A DNA stretch of 63,748 bases, filler included, from Reticulomyxa filosa (taxonomy: Eukaryota > Protista > Foraminifera): assembly GCA_000512085.1 (NCBI GenBank). It is 13 parts of 13 records of this genome, joined end to end, with 100 filler letters (N's around TTAATTAATTAA, not from the genome) between each part and the next. Parts side by side here need not be neighbours in the genome. Positions count along the whole stretch, not along the records: positions 25,902 to 36,796 come from ASPP01028253.1; positions 36,897 to 39,603 come from ASPP01002175.1; positions 39,704 to 42,005 come from ASPP01021736.1; 10 more parts are not named here. One strand, written 5' to 3'. Under the pieces are notes generated by a model, which was not told where the DNA came from, searched no databases, and saw only the letters and a program-made list of their open reading frames with translations. The position numbers and the translations under genes were made by a program. Positions within the stretch are counted from its first letter, which is position 1. Every line of letters starts with the position of its first letter. Shown piece by piece: positions 26,722 through 40,049 of this stretch.

Positions 26722-29700
26722 TGTCCTCCCTGTTCAAAGCCAACTCTTAAAACATGTACAAATTTTTCTTTTTTTTTAGTGTGGAAAGTTGATTACAACA
26801 CCAACATTGCTATAGCAAAACATACAGAATTTGCAATTTGTTGGAAACACACAACGCTTGACAGAAATGTGGAAAAAAAAAATCTATATTTTATTTGTTT
26901 CCTAGTGTAAAATTCGTAATAGGAGAATTCTTTTTTTTTTTTGTTGTTGAAAATGTTTTATTTCAAGTATTAAATCACGTTACGTCCTGGGTCCAATCCA
27001 AGATTTTTTTACTTGAACTTGTCGCTTTTGATTCTGTTTATTATTCTCTTCTCTGTCACCGAACCAGCCATAGCAAAGCAGACATTTACAAAGTTCATAT
27101 TCCCCCTCTTTGGCTGATTCAAAGCTCTCTTCGAAAGCACATACATGGACAAAAGAAATAAAATTAGTGCTCAAAAATGACATTAAATGTCAGAGGATTT
27201 TAATAAACCTGTTGTCAAACGTACAAAGATATTCATATGTGATTAAATGAAAAACGAAATTGGAAAGACATAGAAGTGATGATTGCTAATGATAAAATAT
27301 TTATATAAAGTTTGAGAAATGTAATGAAAGACGAATAACCGAAGAAATGTTTTGAATACAACGATAATATATCGTTGTGATTGAACAAGTCCTACATTAG
27401 TGTTCAATCAGAAAGTTCAGCTTGCCTGCATTTAACGCGATGGGATACGTCCTTTCAATCGTATGGTTATGTGAAGAACAAGTAATATAATAATTATCAT
27501 AATGAAATTCTGGAAACACAAAAAACAAAACAAAACAACACATTCAGTGATCATCATTTTAAATTAAATAATAGCAATAACATGGCTCCAAATACTATAC
27601 AAAATCAAATACAATTTGTTATAATTATATCAATATAATATAGTCGAATTTCATGGACTGAAACAATTGTATATAATCATTTGAAGTCCAAAATGCAATC
27701 GTTCGGAGCATCACTTTGATAATCATTTGCCACCACATCATTTATTCTTCTTTTCTTTTGCATAAATGTATATATATTTCCAACAAACATTAATTAAGTC
27801 TTGCTATTTGATCGGAGTTCAGTGCAGAACTTTGATTTCCTTTTTCGTGTTCAAGAGTTTCTTCTTTTACTTTGCAGATCGTGTAGAGTGTGCAATCCGC
27901 AACATAGCATATGTAATACAGTCAGACTTGGTAATCCATGCATATTCGGCAGTACAGTCAGAGGGGGCAAGCCTGGAAACGATGCTAATAGCAGTTGCCA
28001 ACAAGCAAAGGCGCTCTTGGAATTAGCGCAAGTACTGTAATAGTTGCGCTACATGTGATCAGGCAGTCATAGCAAATGCCTCCAACAGGAAGAGGAGCAT
28101 CGCCTGGAAGAGTGGACGCCCTGGAGGAAGTGCCGAACCAATACTAGTAAGTGTGCTAGAGATTGCAATATTGCACATACTGTTGTGTCATAAATTTCAA
28201 CATATAACGCATTAGTAAAAACTGATTTTTGTGACTGTTCTTACCTGGCTTTGTGGCCTGGACAGGTAAAAAAGCTTTATGCAAATTCGACTGAACAGGC
28301 AATGGCGCTTGTCATGGTAAAGGTTCTTGTCCAGGTAATGGAACTTATCCTGATAATGTCACTTGGTAGAAAGTGTTTCGGATGTAGTATATTGATGTAT
28401 AAAGATATTGATAATATATATATTATATGCAATAATATATACACAATGTAAGTTACTTGATTTATTGTCAATTGATAGACAATATGATGATCAATCTTTT
28501 TTCGTTTGAGTAGTTTCGAGATTTTTAAAGCAGCTTGTATAGAATTGGATATTTCGGTTTTCCATAATTGCATCGCAACTTATTTGATGTATTTATATTT
28601 ATTTTCATGTTTCTGTTCTTAGATGTCTTTTTTTCTAATCAGCTTTGGATTGTTCCGTTTATTGTGCTTTTTGCAGCAGCGAATAATAGTTCTGGATTTT
28701 CTACGATAGCGCTACATTCGCTTTCCGCAGACAGTAATATAATCGCTTGTTGATCAGCGTTATTTACACTGGCACAACGAGATCTATTTGCGCTGGTGGT
28801 GGCTGAACACGAGGTCGCAGCACTGTTTTTCTTGGCATATGCTGTTACACTGACGCTTTTGTCCAACATCAATATTTCATTTGGTATAGCCCTGGCGATA
28901 ACAGGTTGCTCTTTTCTTTGCATGCCGTCACTGTCGGGTCCGTCGTTCAAAACTGTTCGCACTGTCAATAAATGCTTGTTGCCAGCGACAGAACAATTGG
29001 ATATTTGCGGTGCTGCTGGTGCAGTTGTGCTTTCATCGTCATCTTCGAGCTTTTTATTCTCGTAGGTGACTCCTTTGGCGGCATTACATCAACTGGAGCT
29101 TATAACAAGTTTTTGTCAGATTCAGCATCCAATGCTTCTTTCGTAGCTGGTAACTCACTTTTTTCCACCAATTTCGTTTTATTGTGAACATGTGATTGTT
29201 CTACACTAATACTTCAATTAGACCTTGACTCGAGACTAGTTAGCTTAAGAGACAAAAAAAAAAGGGTGCATGTATAAAAGTATTTACACTTTTTTTTTAC
29301 TGTCGAACAAAAAACATACTTGAAATTTATTACTTTTGCTTTTATATCATTAAATAAAAACATTATCTAAATTTTGCAACCTTCGAAATTGATCGAATAA
29401 TAATTTTTTTTTCTTTTTCTGTAATTGAAAGATTTCAATCTCTTGAACAAAGAAAAGTTATACAAAATTAATTTTTGTACAGTGTAAGGCTACGATTACA
29501 AAAGTTACGTTCTATAGATAATGGGCAAAACAAAACTTGCAGTTAGTTACCAACATGCTTTATATATGTATATATAATGTCGTGAAAGAAAATGCTCCAA
29601 GTATTTAATATTGATTTCGGGACTTCGTCTTGGTGTGTTAGTTGAATATACTGTGTGTAATGTTGCAACATATTCTCCATTTGTGGAACGCAACAAAAAT

Positions 29701-30678
29701 GTATTTATTGCAAAAGCATTTCGAATATGGATTAAGGTGTATTGTTTCCCGGTGGTGCCGAGCACATGCAAAATTGTGATATTGTACTGTCCATCATTTA
29801 TGTATTCGATGAATTTTGTAGCCTTGTGTTATCAAGTGTATGTCATGTTTTTATTCTTTCAATTTTTGATTATGCTTATGGGCAGGCAGTCGTTAACTCG
29901 ATGTAAAATTTGTTTAAGAAGCAAACAAGAGGAGTACCGGATCAGATGCATTTCCAAAAAATACTGACAATTCACGAAACACTAAGTACTTGCAGTCTTG
30001 TTGAATAAATAGATGCACTAACCACTCATAAATAACGGAGACATCATGTCCTTCGATTATTTTTTTTGTAAGATTTGCCATTTCTTTCGATATACTTACA
30101 AAAAAATAAAACTATAAGGCGAAATACCATTGGTCGCTGTCTTGACTGCCTTTTTTAAATCTTATAGTGAATATCATGATCCGCCCCAATTTGCAACACT
30201 ACTTGTTCCTTTTCTGGAGTGCTTGTTGTTGCAATCACCTATACATATTCAATTAACGCTGTGAAATGTTGGCTACCGATAGTTAACAGAAAGCATCAAT
30301 ATTACCTTGGCCTGTAAGGTTTTTGCCACTTGGATCAAGCATTGATTTACACCACATGCCGCTGCATGCACTATTTTTGGCTTGGCACAAGTGAGTATCA
30401 AAATTCATTGTTATTGCTTTTTTTTTTTTGCAAGGTAATGTATATACAATTGGGACGCAAACTTACCAACACACCATTCCCCTTTTTTGCAAAGGATCTT
30501 CAATCTTCAACGTGTGACACTTAAACACAAAATCATTTTTGTGGAGACAGTGACTATTATTTATATCACTCAATTAAAAATAAATATAAATTTATATGGT
30601 GTCTTTCTTTGACTTGATTATCTTTAAATTTATTAAGCAAGATATTCTACCAATTGATAATGACAAAATGATTTAAAA

Positions 30679-31150
30679 ATGGATGTTGCATCAGCAAAAG
30701 AAATCCAGGACTTAAAAGAGCATTTTGATATTGTGAATGATGCGCAATTTTTACCTGATGGAATCATGCTTTGATGATAAAACTATTCAATTATGGAATG
30801 TAAAGTCAGATGTTGAAATAAGAATATTGAAGGGGCACATAGGACAAATAGCAAGTGTGCAGTTTTCGCCAGATGGAAATGTTATTGTATCTGGATCAAG
30901 AGACGAAACAATAAGAATGTGGAATGCACAATCAGGACAAGAGATTCGAATATTATATGAAGATTTGATAAAAGTGATAATATTTTAACCAAATGGTCAA
31001 CAAATTATTGTTATAACAGATGATAATTCTATTATGATTTAAGGTAAAAGAATATGTGTATTTCAAGACTATAAATACGCTATGATGAAAACACAATTCT
31101 TTCCTAATGATTCCTGTCAAATGTAAAGTATTAATATGGGAATTAGTATT
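30679..31150 (+). pseudogene. Degraded WD40-repeat gene
   Basis: KTIQLWNV...LKGHIGQIASVQFSPDGNVIVSGSRDETIRMWN is intact; flanking repeats (HFDIVNDAQFLPDG) are out of frame and broken by stops. Confidence 0.8.
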
Positions 31151-31660
31151 AAGGAAAATTCGATAAAAGTTACATCAGAAAAATATGCTGGGATAAAGAA
31201 GAAAAAATTAATTTCCTTTCTTACAACAATTTAATCCATTATTGAAATTTTTCAATTGCTCTTCTGCACATTTTAATTGTTCGCTTTTTAATTTAGTTAC
31301 TTTCAGAGAAACAATTTTCAACGTCAAATATTTGTCGACCACTGAGAAAAAAACTTCAAAAAAAAAAAAAAAAGACAAAAGTATTACTTTCACGCGATTA
31401 TACCTACAAAAAAAAAAAGCAGAGTTTATCCACACCAAATCAATCAACAAGAACAAATAAAACAGACCTAAACAAAAAAGTACTTATGTTCCAAACTCGA
31501 CCGTGTTCAACACCCCAAACTTATCCGATAAAAAAAAGGATATTGATCATGATCACAAAAAAAAAAAAAAAACACCAATTTTTGCTAGTACGTACTCTTT
31601 GCTTACCAAAAATAAACAACAAACAAGAAAAAACAACAAGATAAAAAAAAAAGATTACAG

Positions 31661-32685
31661 CTATTTCACACATCGACAACATACATTATAATAATTTTTA
31701 GCGAATTGAAAAGATAGCAAAATCGCGGAACAATTCACACCATAATCTACAATAAGAGAAAGAGTAAAAAATTGCCCAAGACGCGGGACTGACATTACGA
31801 AATAAAGAGTTGTGGCAGTAATAAAACAAAATACGTATAACACAAACAGTTTTTTTACAAACTTTTGTATTTGTTTTTGGAGATCGGCACTCAATTTATT
31901 TGGATTTAACTATATGTACACATACATATGTGTACATACATAAGCGTTCATGGTCGAAAAAATTGTATATGTATATTTAGCTGAATATGTACTTTTTTTA
32001 AAAAAAGTAGAAAGGGTTGTATTTTATTTGTCTTATTTTGCTAAACTTTGAAAATAAATAAACAAAATAATCCCATGTTGCACAGCAAGTCCATACTAAT
32101 TGCAGCAATTGAAAAAGGAGCACCAGATGCATCTTGCGCACAATCAAACCATCCATAAATAACATAGACCATAAAACAGATCCAGGTTAATATGAGAAAA
32201 GTGTACAGGAACATACGACGAGATCTTGGTAATTGGTACGCAGTGTTCTCAAAGGCGACAATTATTCTTACCGCATACGTTGAGTACATGGACATACGTG
32301 CAGTAATTGAAAAAATTATAGAATATCCGTCATAAAGACAAAAACGCTTAATATCCAAAGATACATTCAGACAAAGCTCGATTATACAGCTTGTAGTGAA
32401 TACTACGGATATCATTATCGTTATTGTCGCCATAGCTTTAACTCTCATATCAATATTTTGAGGAGTCTCTATTGGATACAATTCATCTATCTCTTTATCA
32501 TCAGGAGTAGCACCGCTATTGCTTGTGTTGGTCCTTGTTGGCTGCAATTCCGGTGGTACATTCCGCCAAAAGTAAAACCAGGCCACGTACAACAGCCAAA
32601 GCTCATACAGTAAAATCAATCCTGCAATCAATATCATTGCTATAAATCCTTCCACAGTTGCAAACCCTATTCTCTGAGGATTCAT
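31661..32685 (-). CDS. Seven-transmembrane (GPCR-like) membrane protein, at least 2 exons
   Basis: Five hydrophobic segments in 32041-32685 and two in 31661-31894, a YAVRI motif after TM3, and a Cys-rich tail YYNVCCRC. Confidence 0.7.
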
Positions 32686-33094
32686 TGTCACAGCTTTTAA
32701 ATTTAATACACGTCTTTTTTGTACAAGGTTCTGGACTAAACTAGTTGAGCGTAGTGGTTTGTGAGGTTTATTTGTTTTCAACAGCTAGTACAATCTTTTT
32801 TAATTTATAAGTCTGCAGTTGATTATCAAAAGATACATGCTCACACTGGTAAGCTTACAATCTGTCATACTGATTTATTTACATCGATTTAATTGACATG
32901 CACTTCAGACTGAATTGTTTTCATAAAGATTCAATAAAGGCTAATAAAATTCAAAAGAATAGAGGAGAAAATTTTGTTTTTTTGATCTGAAATGCAGCAA
33001 AAAAGTTAGTTGATCGAAGAAAATGACCGAAGATTCTTAAAAAAACATGCAAAAAAAAGTACTTTTTTCACTCAAACAAACTCAAAGTTCGAAA

Positions 33095-35280
33095 ATGTCG
33101 TCGTTGGAGATTTTCGTAACACTTAATTCAAACAAGTATCGATTTAAGTCAGACTCTTTAACAATTGAAGGTCTAAAACGACAAATCATTGAGATGAGCG
33201 AAGATTACATGAAAGGAAGCAGATGGATTAAAATAACCAATAGTAATAGTTACAACATTGAAACTTATCAACAACTTCAAAGAGCTGTTGAAGATGGCCA
33301 ACTTGATTTTAATGCTTATTTCCAATCAAGTTTATTTTTATGTTTCATTTAAAACTAATTAAAAATATTATAAACAATAACAACAATAAATACAAAAAGA
33401 AATAATGGAACAAGTATCATCGTTATCATGTACAATAAAACATCCATTAATATTGCTGACAGGAGCAATAAAATATGAACAACAATCATATTTGAAAAAT
33501 GCAAAACAAGATCTTTATTTATTAGAAACATTATTTCAAAATAAGTTTGGTTATCAAATATTTAATACTTATGATTTGCAAAATCCAGTTACTGAATCAC
33601 TTACTTTTAATGGATTGAATGAATTTATTTTGAAGCATTGCTTAAATAAAGGTAATTATATTTCTTATGATGGATTGATATTTGTATGGTATGATTTATG
33701 GCAATTTTGATATTAATGAAGGAGATACAGTGATTACAAGTGATAATAAGATTAAACATATTAAAGACATTTTGTGGGGAAAACCAAATATATTTATAAA
33801 TATTGTAAGAAGATTAAAATAAAAAATATCAAACAAAGTGTGGTATAGTCAAGATAGAGATATATTTAATATATCTGTAGTTTTTGATGATGCAGAAAGT
33901 ATCAACGAAAATCCTTTTGAAATATTTTATCAAGTTATTGAAAACAATATTGACAAAAATTTAGATTTAATAATTAAACAAGTAATTAAAAATGCTTGTG
34001 ATCCTATTCATATTACTCATTTTACCAATATTTATCCATATTAATGAATAATAATGATGATTTTAAAAAATGCAACAGAATCAATAATAAACAATATATT
34101 AGATATTTTAAGTATTAAAAGACACCAGGGAAGTCAATGGAGAAAAGTAAGTGCAGAAGCAATAAAAAAGGTTAAACAAATGAGAAACAAAAATGTTATT
34201 GTTGCAAAAAATACATTTGAATGGAAAACTATTATAAATATTAATTTGGTATACTAATGAATGATAATACTATTGAAAAAAAATTATTTGGAGAATATTG
34301 GTTATATGTAATAAAAAGAAAATTAATAATATTTGATGAAATAAATATTAATGGAAATATATATAAAAAATAATTTTAAAAAATTTACAAAAAATGCTAT
34401 TATTGATCAATAATTAAAAAAATTTATTAAAATTATTCATGATATTCCAATACAACTTCAAGATTTTGAAGATAAAGGAAAAATATAATACAAAAAAAAA
34501 TTTTGATGATAGTCTTATTCATTTACAACTTGCTATTAATATATTTGGATTATAAAAAAAAATTTTACTAATGCAATGAAATTTTATGAAAAATTATTGA
34601 AAATTATGCTTTTGTTCCACAATTGTATCATAATATAGCTATTGTTTATGAAGGTAAAAATGATTTTAATAAAGCACTTGAATATCATGAAAATGCATTA
34701 AATATTAGATCAAACCTTTTTGGGGACAATCATAACGGTGTTGCTGATTCTTATGATTATTATGGAAATGCTTTATGTGATAATGGAAATTATAATAAAG
34801 CCATAAAATTTTGTCAAAAAGCATTAAAAATCAAATTAAATATTTTTGGAATTAATGATGAAAATATTGGTAATTTGTACAATAATTTAGGATTTGCACA
34901 TGAAAATTAACGAAGAATGAAAAAACAATTGAATGTTATGAAACTGCATTAAAAATAATATTAGCCATTTTTGAACTAATCATATTGAAGTTAGAAAGGA
35001 TACAGCAATTTGGGAATATATATGATGAAAAGAGAAATATGAACAATCCATTCGATGCTATGAACAATCATTAAATATAAGAAAATTTTTATTTGGAAAT
35101 ATTAACAGATCAGTTGGAGTCGCATATTAGAATTTGGGATACGCTTTTAAACGGAAAGGTTAAAAGAAAACTGCATGCAAATATTATGAAAATGCGTGGA
35201 AAGTATACACTTTATTACAAGGTGAATGGAATAGCGAAACAATAAGCGCAAAAGAAAATGTGAAGCAATTGCAAGAATGA
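33095..35280 (+). pseudogene. Decayed PB1-like + caspase-like (peptidase C14 fold) + 42-aa TPR repeat gene
   Basis: HPLILLTGAIKY..LKNAKQDLYLLETLF..KFGYQI, YDGLIFVW and GKPNIFI remnants, followed by TPRs (YHNIAIVYEGKNDFNKALEYHENALNIR..FGDNH). Many frameshifts and stops. Confidence 0.75.
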
Positions 35281-37782
35281 TCATAATTTTACAATTTTTG
35301 CTTGTACAAGTCAAATATATGATGCCCGAAAAAGCTTCAGCTGATCTTTTATTTAGTGATTGATAAATTTTCTTGTTCCTTTTTCCAAACATTTTTGTGG
35401 AGACTAAAATAATGATTGCAGTAAAATTAAAGCTTAAACTGCTTCTTGTACATTCGATAAACCAGCAAATCGAAAAAATCTTCGACAAAATATAAATGCA
35501 ACAAGTTTCAAAATAGACACATTAAAAAGTAATCGCTTTGTCATTATTTTTATGAATATTTCAAATGTGATTTGTTTTAAGTCAAAAAGTACAAGCATTT
35601 TGCCTTATACTTGTGATATAATTCCTTCATTCATTTTTAAGATAAACTATCGAAAGCTATCAAAATATAACTTTAAAGTCTTTTTGACTTAGTAAAAAAT
35701 TATAAAAATTATTTAAAAAAAATGTGAAGGAAAATTAGAGATATTGCATTGAGTTCTGACTTGTATGATCCAAAATGGAGAGCTAAAAGCGCTATATGAG
35801 AGCGTGGTAAGTGAAGAGACACAGTGGTCATCCGAATATATGATCGAAACTTGTTGATTTGGTTGGAACGTTATGTCAATGAGAGAAATTTGTGGAAATA
35901 TGCGGTTTCGATACTTGGAAAAAATACTCAATGTTTGTGCTGTCGAAATTGTGAAAACACAATATTTGCAGTTTTTCTTGCAATGGGTCCACTCAATTTT
36001 CTCTTTGCATGGCCCTCATATCAAAACACATTGCTTAACTACCTACGCACCCTACAAAAAATTTAAATTACTGCTACAAAAATTTAAAACCCATTTGCGA
36101 TGGAAACAACAGTCGCTTGGAGTTTTTATCCTCTTTTGCCGAATCCCTCAATGGCGTTAAACGCAAAAAATTAAATATTGATATTATTGAAACCAAACGT
36201 ACTGCTGTTGTTCCGACAGGCAAATTTGAACCATTCCTTTTGAGGGTATCGATACTGATCCCTTTGCAAAATTTCGATGAAATTATTGTTATTTATTTTT
36301 TTTTTTTAAATTGGGTTTATTGGTATTAAATCTACCTGTGCAAAAATTTTCTTCCAGTGTATTTTCTGATCACTGAATTATATCCTCATTTTTTTAAATT
36401 ATAAACAAAAAAGGGGGTAATAGTTTAGAATTTTGCAGCAAAAATTTTCAATAATATTCCTTTTGCAATCTCAATAATTTTTTCCTATATTGTTTATGTG
36501 TTATAATAATAAAATATATGTTGTAAGTTTATTTAAGATGTGAAAAAATGTATTTTGCATTTGACAACACTAAATTGTATTATAAGTGAATAATAGCACA
36601 GTACAAACTTTTTTTTGGATGAATTATGATGAATGTGCGATGGAATGTGTAAATAGATAAATATATTGAATTGTATAATTTGATTATGAGTGGTAATTAT
36701 TTTTGGTTTAAAATTGAATTAGTTTTTTCTGAAAAGAGAATAAGATTAGTTGAGTAACAAATGATGAATAATTGAATAAAAAAGAAATGTATTAAGNNNN
36801 NNNNNNNNNNNNNNNNNNNNNNNNNNNNNNNNNNNNNNNNTTAATTAATTAANNNNNNNNNNNNNNNNNNNNNNNNNNNNNNNNNNNNNNNNNNNNACAT
36901 CCAAGTATTATAACAAGTGAATAGAGAGAACAGTGACAGAACGTAAAAGCGTTAGCGAAAAAATTTCTTTCAGCAAAAACGCAGTTACTACTATCTATGA
37001 ACAAGTGAGATTTATTTTTAAATTCATCATACTTGAAATACTACATTTCACGTATTGGGATAATACTAAAATGATAAATTTCCAATATTATTTGCTTGAA
37101 GCTATTTTTTACCATAAGAAAAGACTTAAATCCAGATGTGCTCCCATAAAGATATCATATTTATATGAAAAAACATGTAGTTAGAAATATGCAGCCGATA
37201 ATGTGCTCAAATAAGTAATAATCCGATTTAATAATATCACCAAAAAATTATAACAAGACTAGATGTTAAAAACATAATCATTTTTATTTCTTTTTTGTGG
37301 CCTTTTTTCAAAGAAATAAATAATTGTAATAGTATTTATATTTTGTTTCGCAAAAGATGCTATTCACTAAAACTCCAAAAGAAATGCTTGTTGAGGAAAA
37401 AAGCCCGTCCCCAACATGTCAACTCAAAAACCATAAAAACCTTGCAAATTACCTAGCACTAGCATCACACATATGTCCAAAATCTCTTCATGTATATTTC
37501 TACAAACACGGTCATGAAAGTTTCACAACTACAAGAGGTAAAACATAAGGGAAAAAGGTTTTTGGACCAAACATGCATTGCACCCCGCCGGGCCAAGCAC
37601 AATGAACGAAGATACCTACGCAAGGTTGATAAATATTGTGGCCCAAACAATTAAATTTTCCTCATTTAAATTGATAAGGGGACAAAGGTATCATTTGCAT
37701 TTTTTTTTTTTTTTTTTTTATGTGATTGCATTACTTTTATGCAGTAGAACATAAAGCTTTGATTTTTTATTTTTTTATTTTT

Positions 37783-38874
37783 TTACAATATGACACAGTC
37801 TATTCACGAACATACAACAAAATTTCCCAATATAAATAATGGTGAAAAAACAAGAAAGTGGATACATCTTTTATGTGTGTGTGTTTTTTTTTTGAATAAC
37901 TGCATCCGTGGTCTTCTCTGCGGGCATATTGCTCTAAATACTCTGCCAAGTTATTGTGATTTGTTTGCTTGGCGTAATCAATGGGCGTTTTGTCCTCGTT
38001 GTCTTTCACTCGAATTTTGGCATTTCTTATTTCCACTAAGTCTTTCACAAAGTCTTCATCCCCTTGAGCAGCTGCGCAGTGTAGAATGGTTCTTCGGGCA
38101 AACTTGCCTTCACTATTAACGTTCGCGTCATGTTGGACTAAGTATTTCGCTGTTTCATAAAATCGTTTGTCTTTCTTATTGACGAAGTCAATGCAATAAC
38201 TCAATGCATTGAATCCTTCACTATCAACAGCCTGAATATTTGCATTATGTTTCAAGAGGACCTTTACTGCTTCCAAACATCCTACTTCTGCTGCGTCCAT
38301 CAATGGGGTTCGTTTCAATTTGTCCAATGCATCCACATCACATTTTTTCTCAATCAAAAATTCACACATTTCCGCTTGAGAATTTGCTTTTCCCCCACAA
38401 AAAAAAAAAAAGGCATTAAAAACAAAACCAAAAAAAACGTATACCAATCTTTTACGATTGATTATTTTCTTGTTTAAGAAAAACATACAAGCAGCATGAT
38501 GAAGAGGCAATGTCGAATCAAAATCCACGTTTTGTCTACATAAGCACCCTTTTTCCATAACACTTCGGCCACATTTTTGTATCCTTTTTGTGCGCATAAG
38601 AAAATCGGTGTTACTTCGCCCAATGCCAATCGAAATTGCAAGTTGGGGTCAGCGCCGAGTTCTAAAGCTGCTGTAACTTCTTCAAGATCTCCTCGTCGAC
38701 AGCCATCACATAACCTTTTTTTCCCCCCCCCCAAAAAAATTTTGTTAATCACGGCATAAAGAGTATACGTATTCCATTTTACCTTTTTTCAGCGTTTGTC
38801 ATTGTAACACTAGAACCAGTTCCCCAGTTCGGTGTGGACCATTCCTTCAATGTCGCTTGCATATTTTGTGCCAT
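37783..38874 (-). CDS. Ankyrin-repeat protein ending in a CaaX box (CVIL), 4 exons, one apparent 1-nt frameshift at ~38531
   Basis: TPIFLCAQKG, LPLHHAA, RTPLMDAAEVG, RTILHCAAAQG, KTPIDYA. Intron 37800-37900 joins a 17-nt last exon giving ...HGCNCVIL*. Confidence 0.85.
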
Positions 38875-39747
38875 TTTCTCTTCGTTGTTCTCTCTCTTTC
38901 CTATTGACAATCAACAAAAATTAACGCTATCAAATACAGTTCGTCATCACTTGTTATTGATTTCAACTTTCCATATTATATACCTGCACAAACAACCTTT
39001 CTTGAAATTATTTGTCACTCCTCGACAAGTTTTTTTGTTAACAAAATCCTTTGGAGTACTGTACACTCAATACGCGTTGAAAATGTTCAAAGGCATGATA
39101 AGCATTCAATGTTTGGCATGCATATTAAAATGATGAATACTTTTTCGCATAATGCACATTTTAAAAAGCGTGACTAGAAATTGGCTTCTGGGATATCACT
39201 TAGATTGCTATTCTCTTTACTCTTGAAACTAAATTTAATAAAATTAAAAAGTGTGAATTTCTAAAGTCCCAAAATTGAAGAGACAACAATTGAATCAAAC
39301 TTGTTAAAATTTGTGTTATTATTCTTTAGCAAATAGATGTAGACGAGACAAATAGTTTTTGAAAACGCTTTGTACATTTTGAATTTTTGTTGAAGCGTTT
39401 CCGTTAATAACACCAACTTAAAGCTTTTGATAAAAATGTTATTATTTGTTATGAGTAAAAAAAGTGTGCATAGATTTTTTATCAACTCTCATAAGAGAGG
39501 AAAAAGCACGAGTCAAACAAACGACAATGAAAAAGGATTGTGAAAGAAGAAAAACCCAAAATCCACTGAAAACGAAAATTTCGAAAACTAACCAAAAAAA
39601 AAANNNNNNNNNNNNNNNNNNNNNNNNNNNNNNNNNNNNNNNNNNNNTTAATTAATTAANNNNNNNNNNNNNNNNNNNNNNNNNNNNNNNNNNNNNNNNN
39701 NNNAACACATTATACAATGATCAAACCATTGTATCAAATGTGAATAG

Positions 39748-40049
39748 AGCAAGTCCGTGAATACTGCCTTCCAATTGGTTGGCTCCGTTTCGTCTCTATT
39801 TTGTCATGGGCACTTGAGATAGCGTTGATATTATGGCCCAATCTTGGGATCGTGATTGTGTCAATGTATATCCACTTTCTTCTTCTTCGTTTATTGCATT
39901 GGCTGCTGTCAAACACGCTTTTGCTTATATCATCATCGTTATCATTTAGATTCAATATATATTGCAAAGCGTGTTGTTGCTGCACCAGCCAAGGCAAATT
40001 AAATATACTTATTATGGACTCGGAATGCACACAAATCACGCGGAAATGA
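39748..40049 (+). CDS. Probable C-terminal exon of a multi-pass (7TM-like) membrane protein
   Basis: Two hydrophobic segments then LSFRFNIYCKACCCC, similar to the tail LSFQFAKNYYNVCCRC of the 7TM gene at 31661. AG acceptor at ~39747. Confidence 0.4.

Noticed and set aside
33700-35280. In-frame stops as evidence of an alternative genetic code
   Set aside because: They co-occur with frameshifts. Intact genes in the window end at TAA, TAG and TGA and have no internal stops.
35700-36350. Coding-like fragments after the TPR pseudogene
   Set aside because: Stops in all frames and no recognisable domain.
38525-38540. Frameshift in the ankyrin gene (and in CCDC39) as programmed ribosomal frameshifting
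   Set aside because: Both lie in short A-runs, need shifts in different directions and lack a shared slippery-stop or downstream structure. Homopolymer sequencing error is the simpler explanation.
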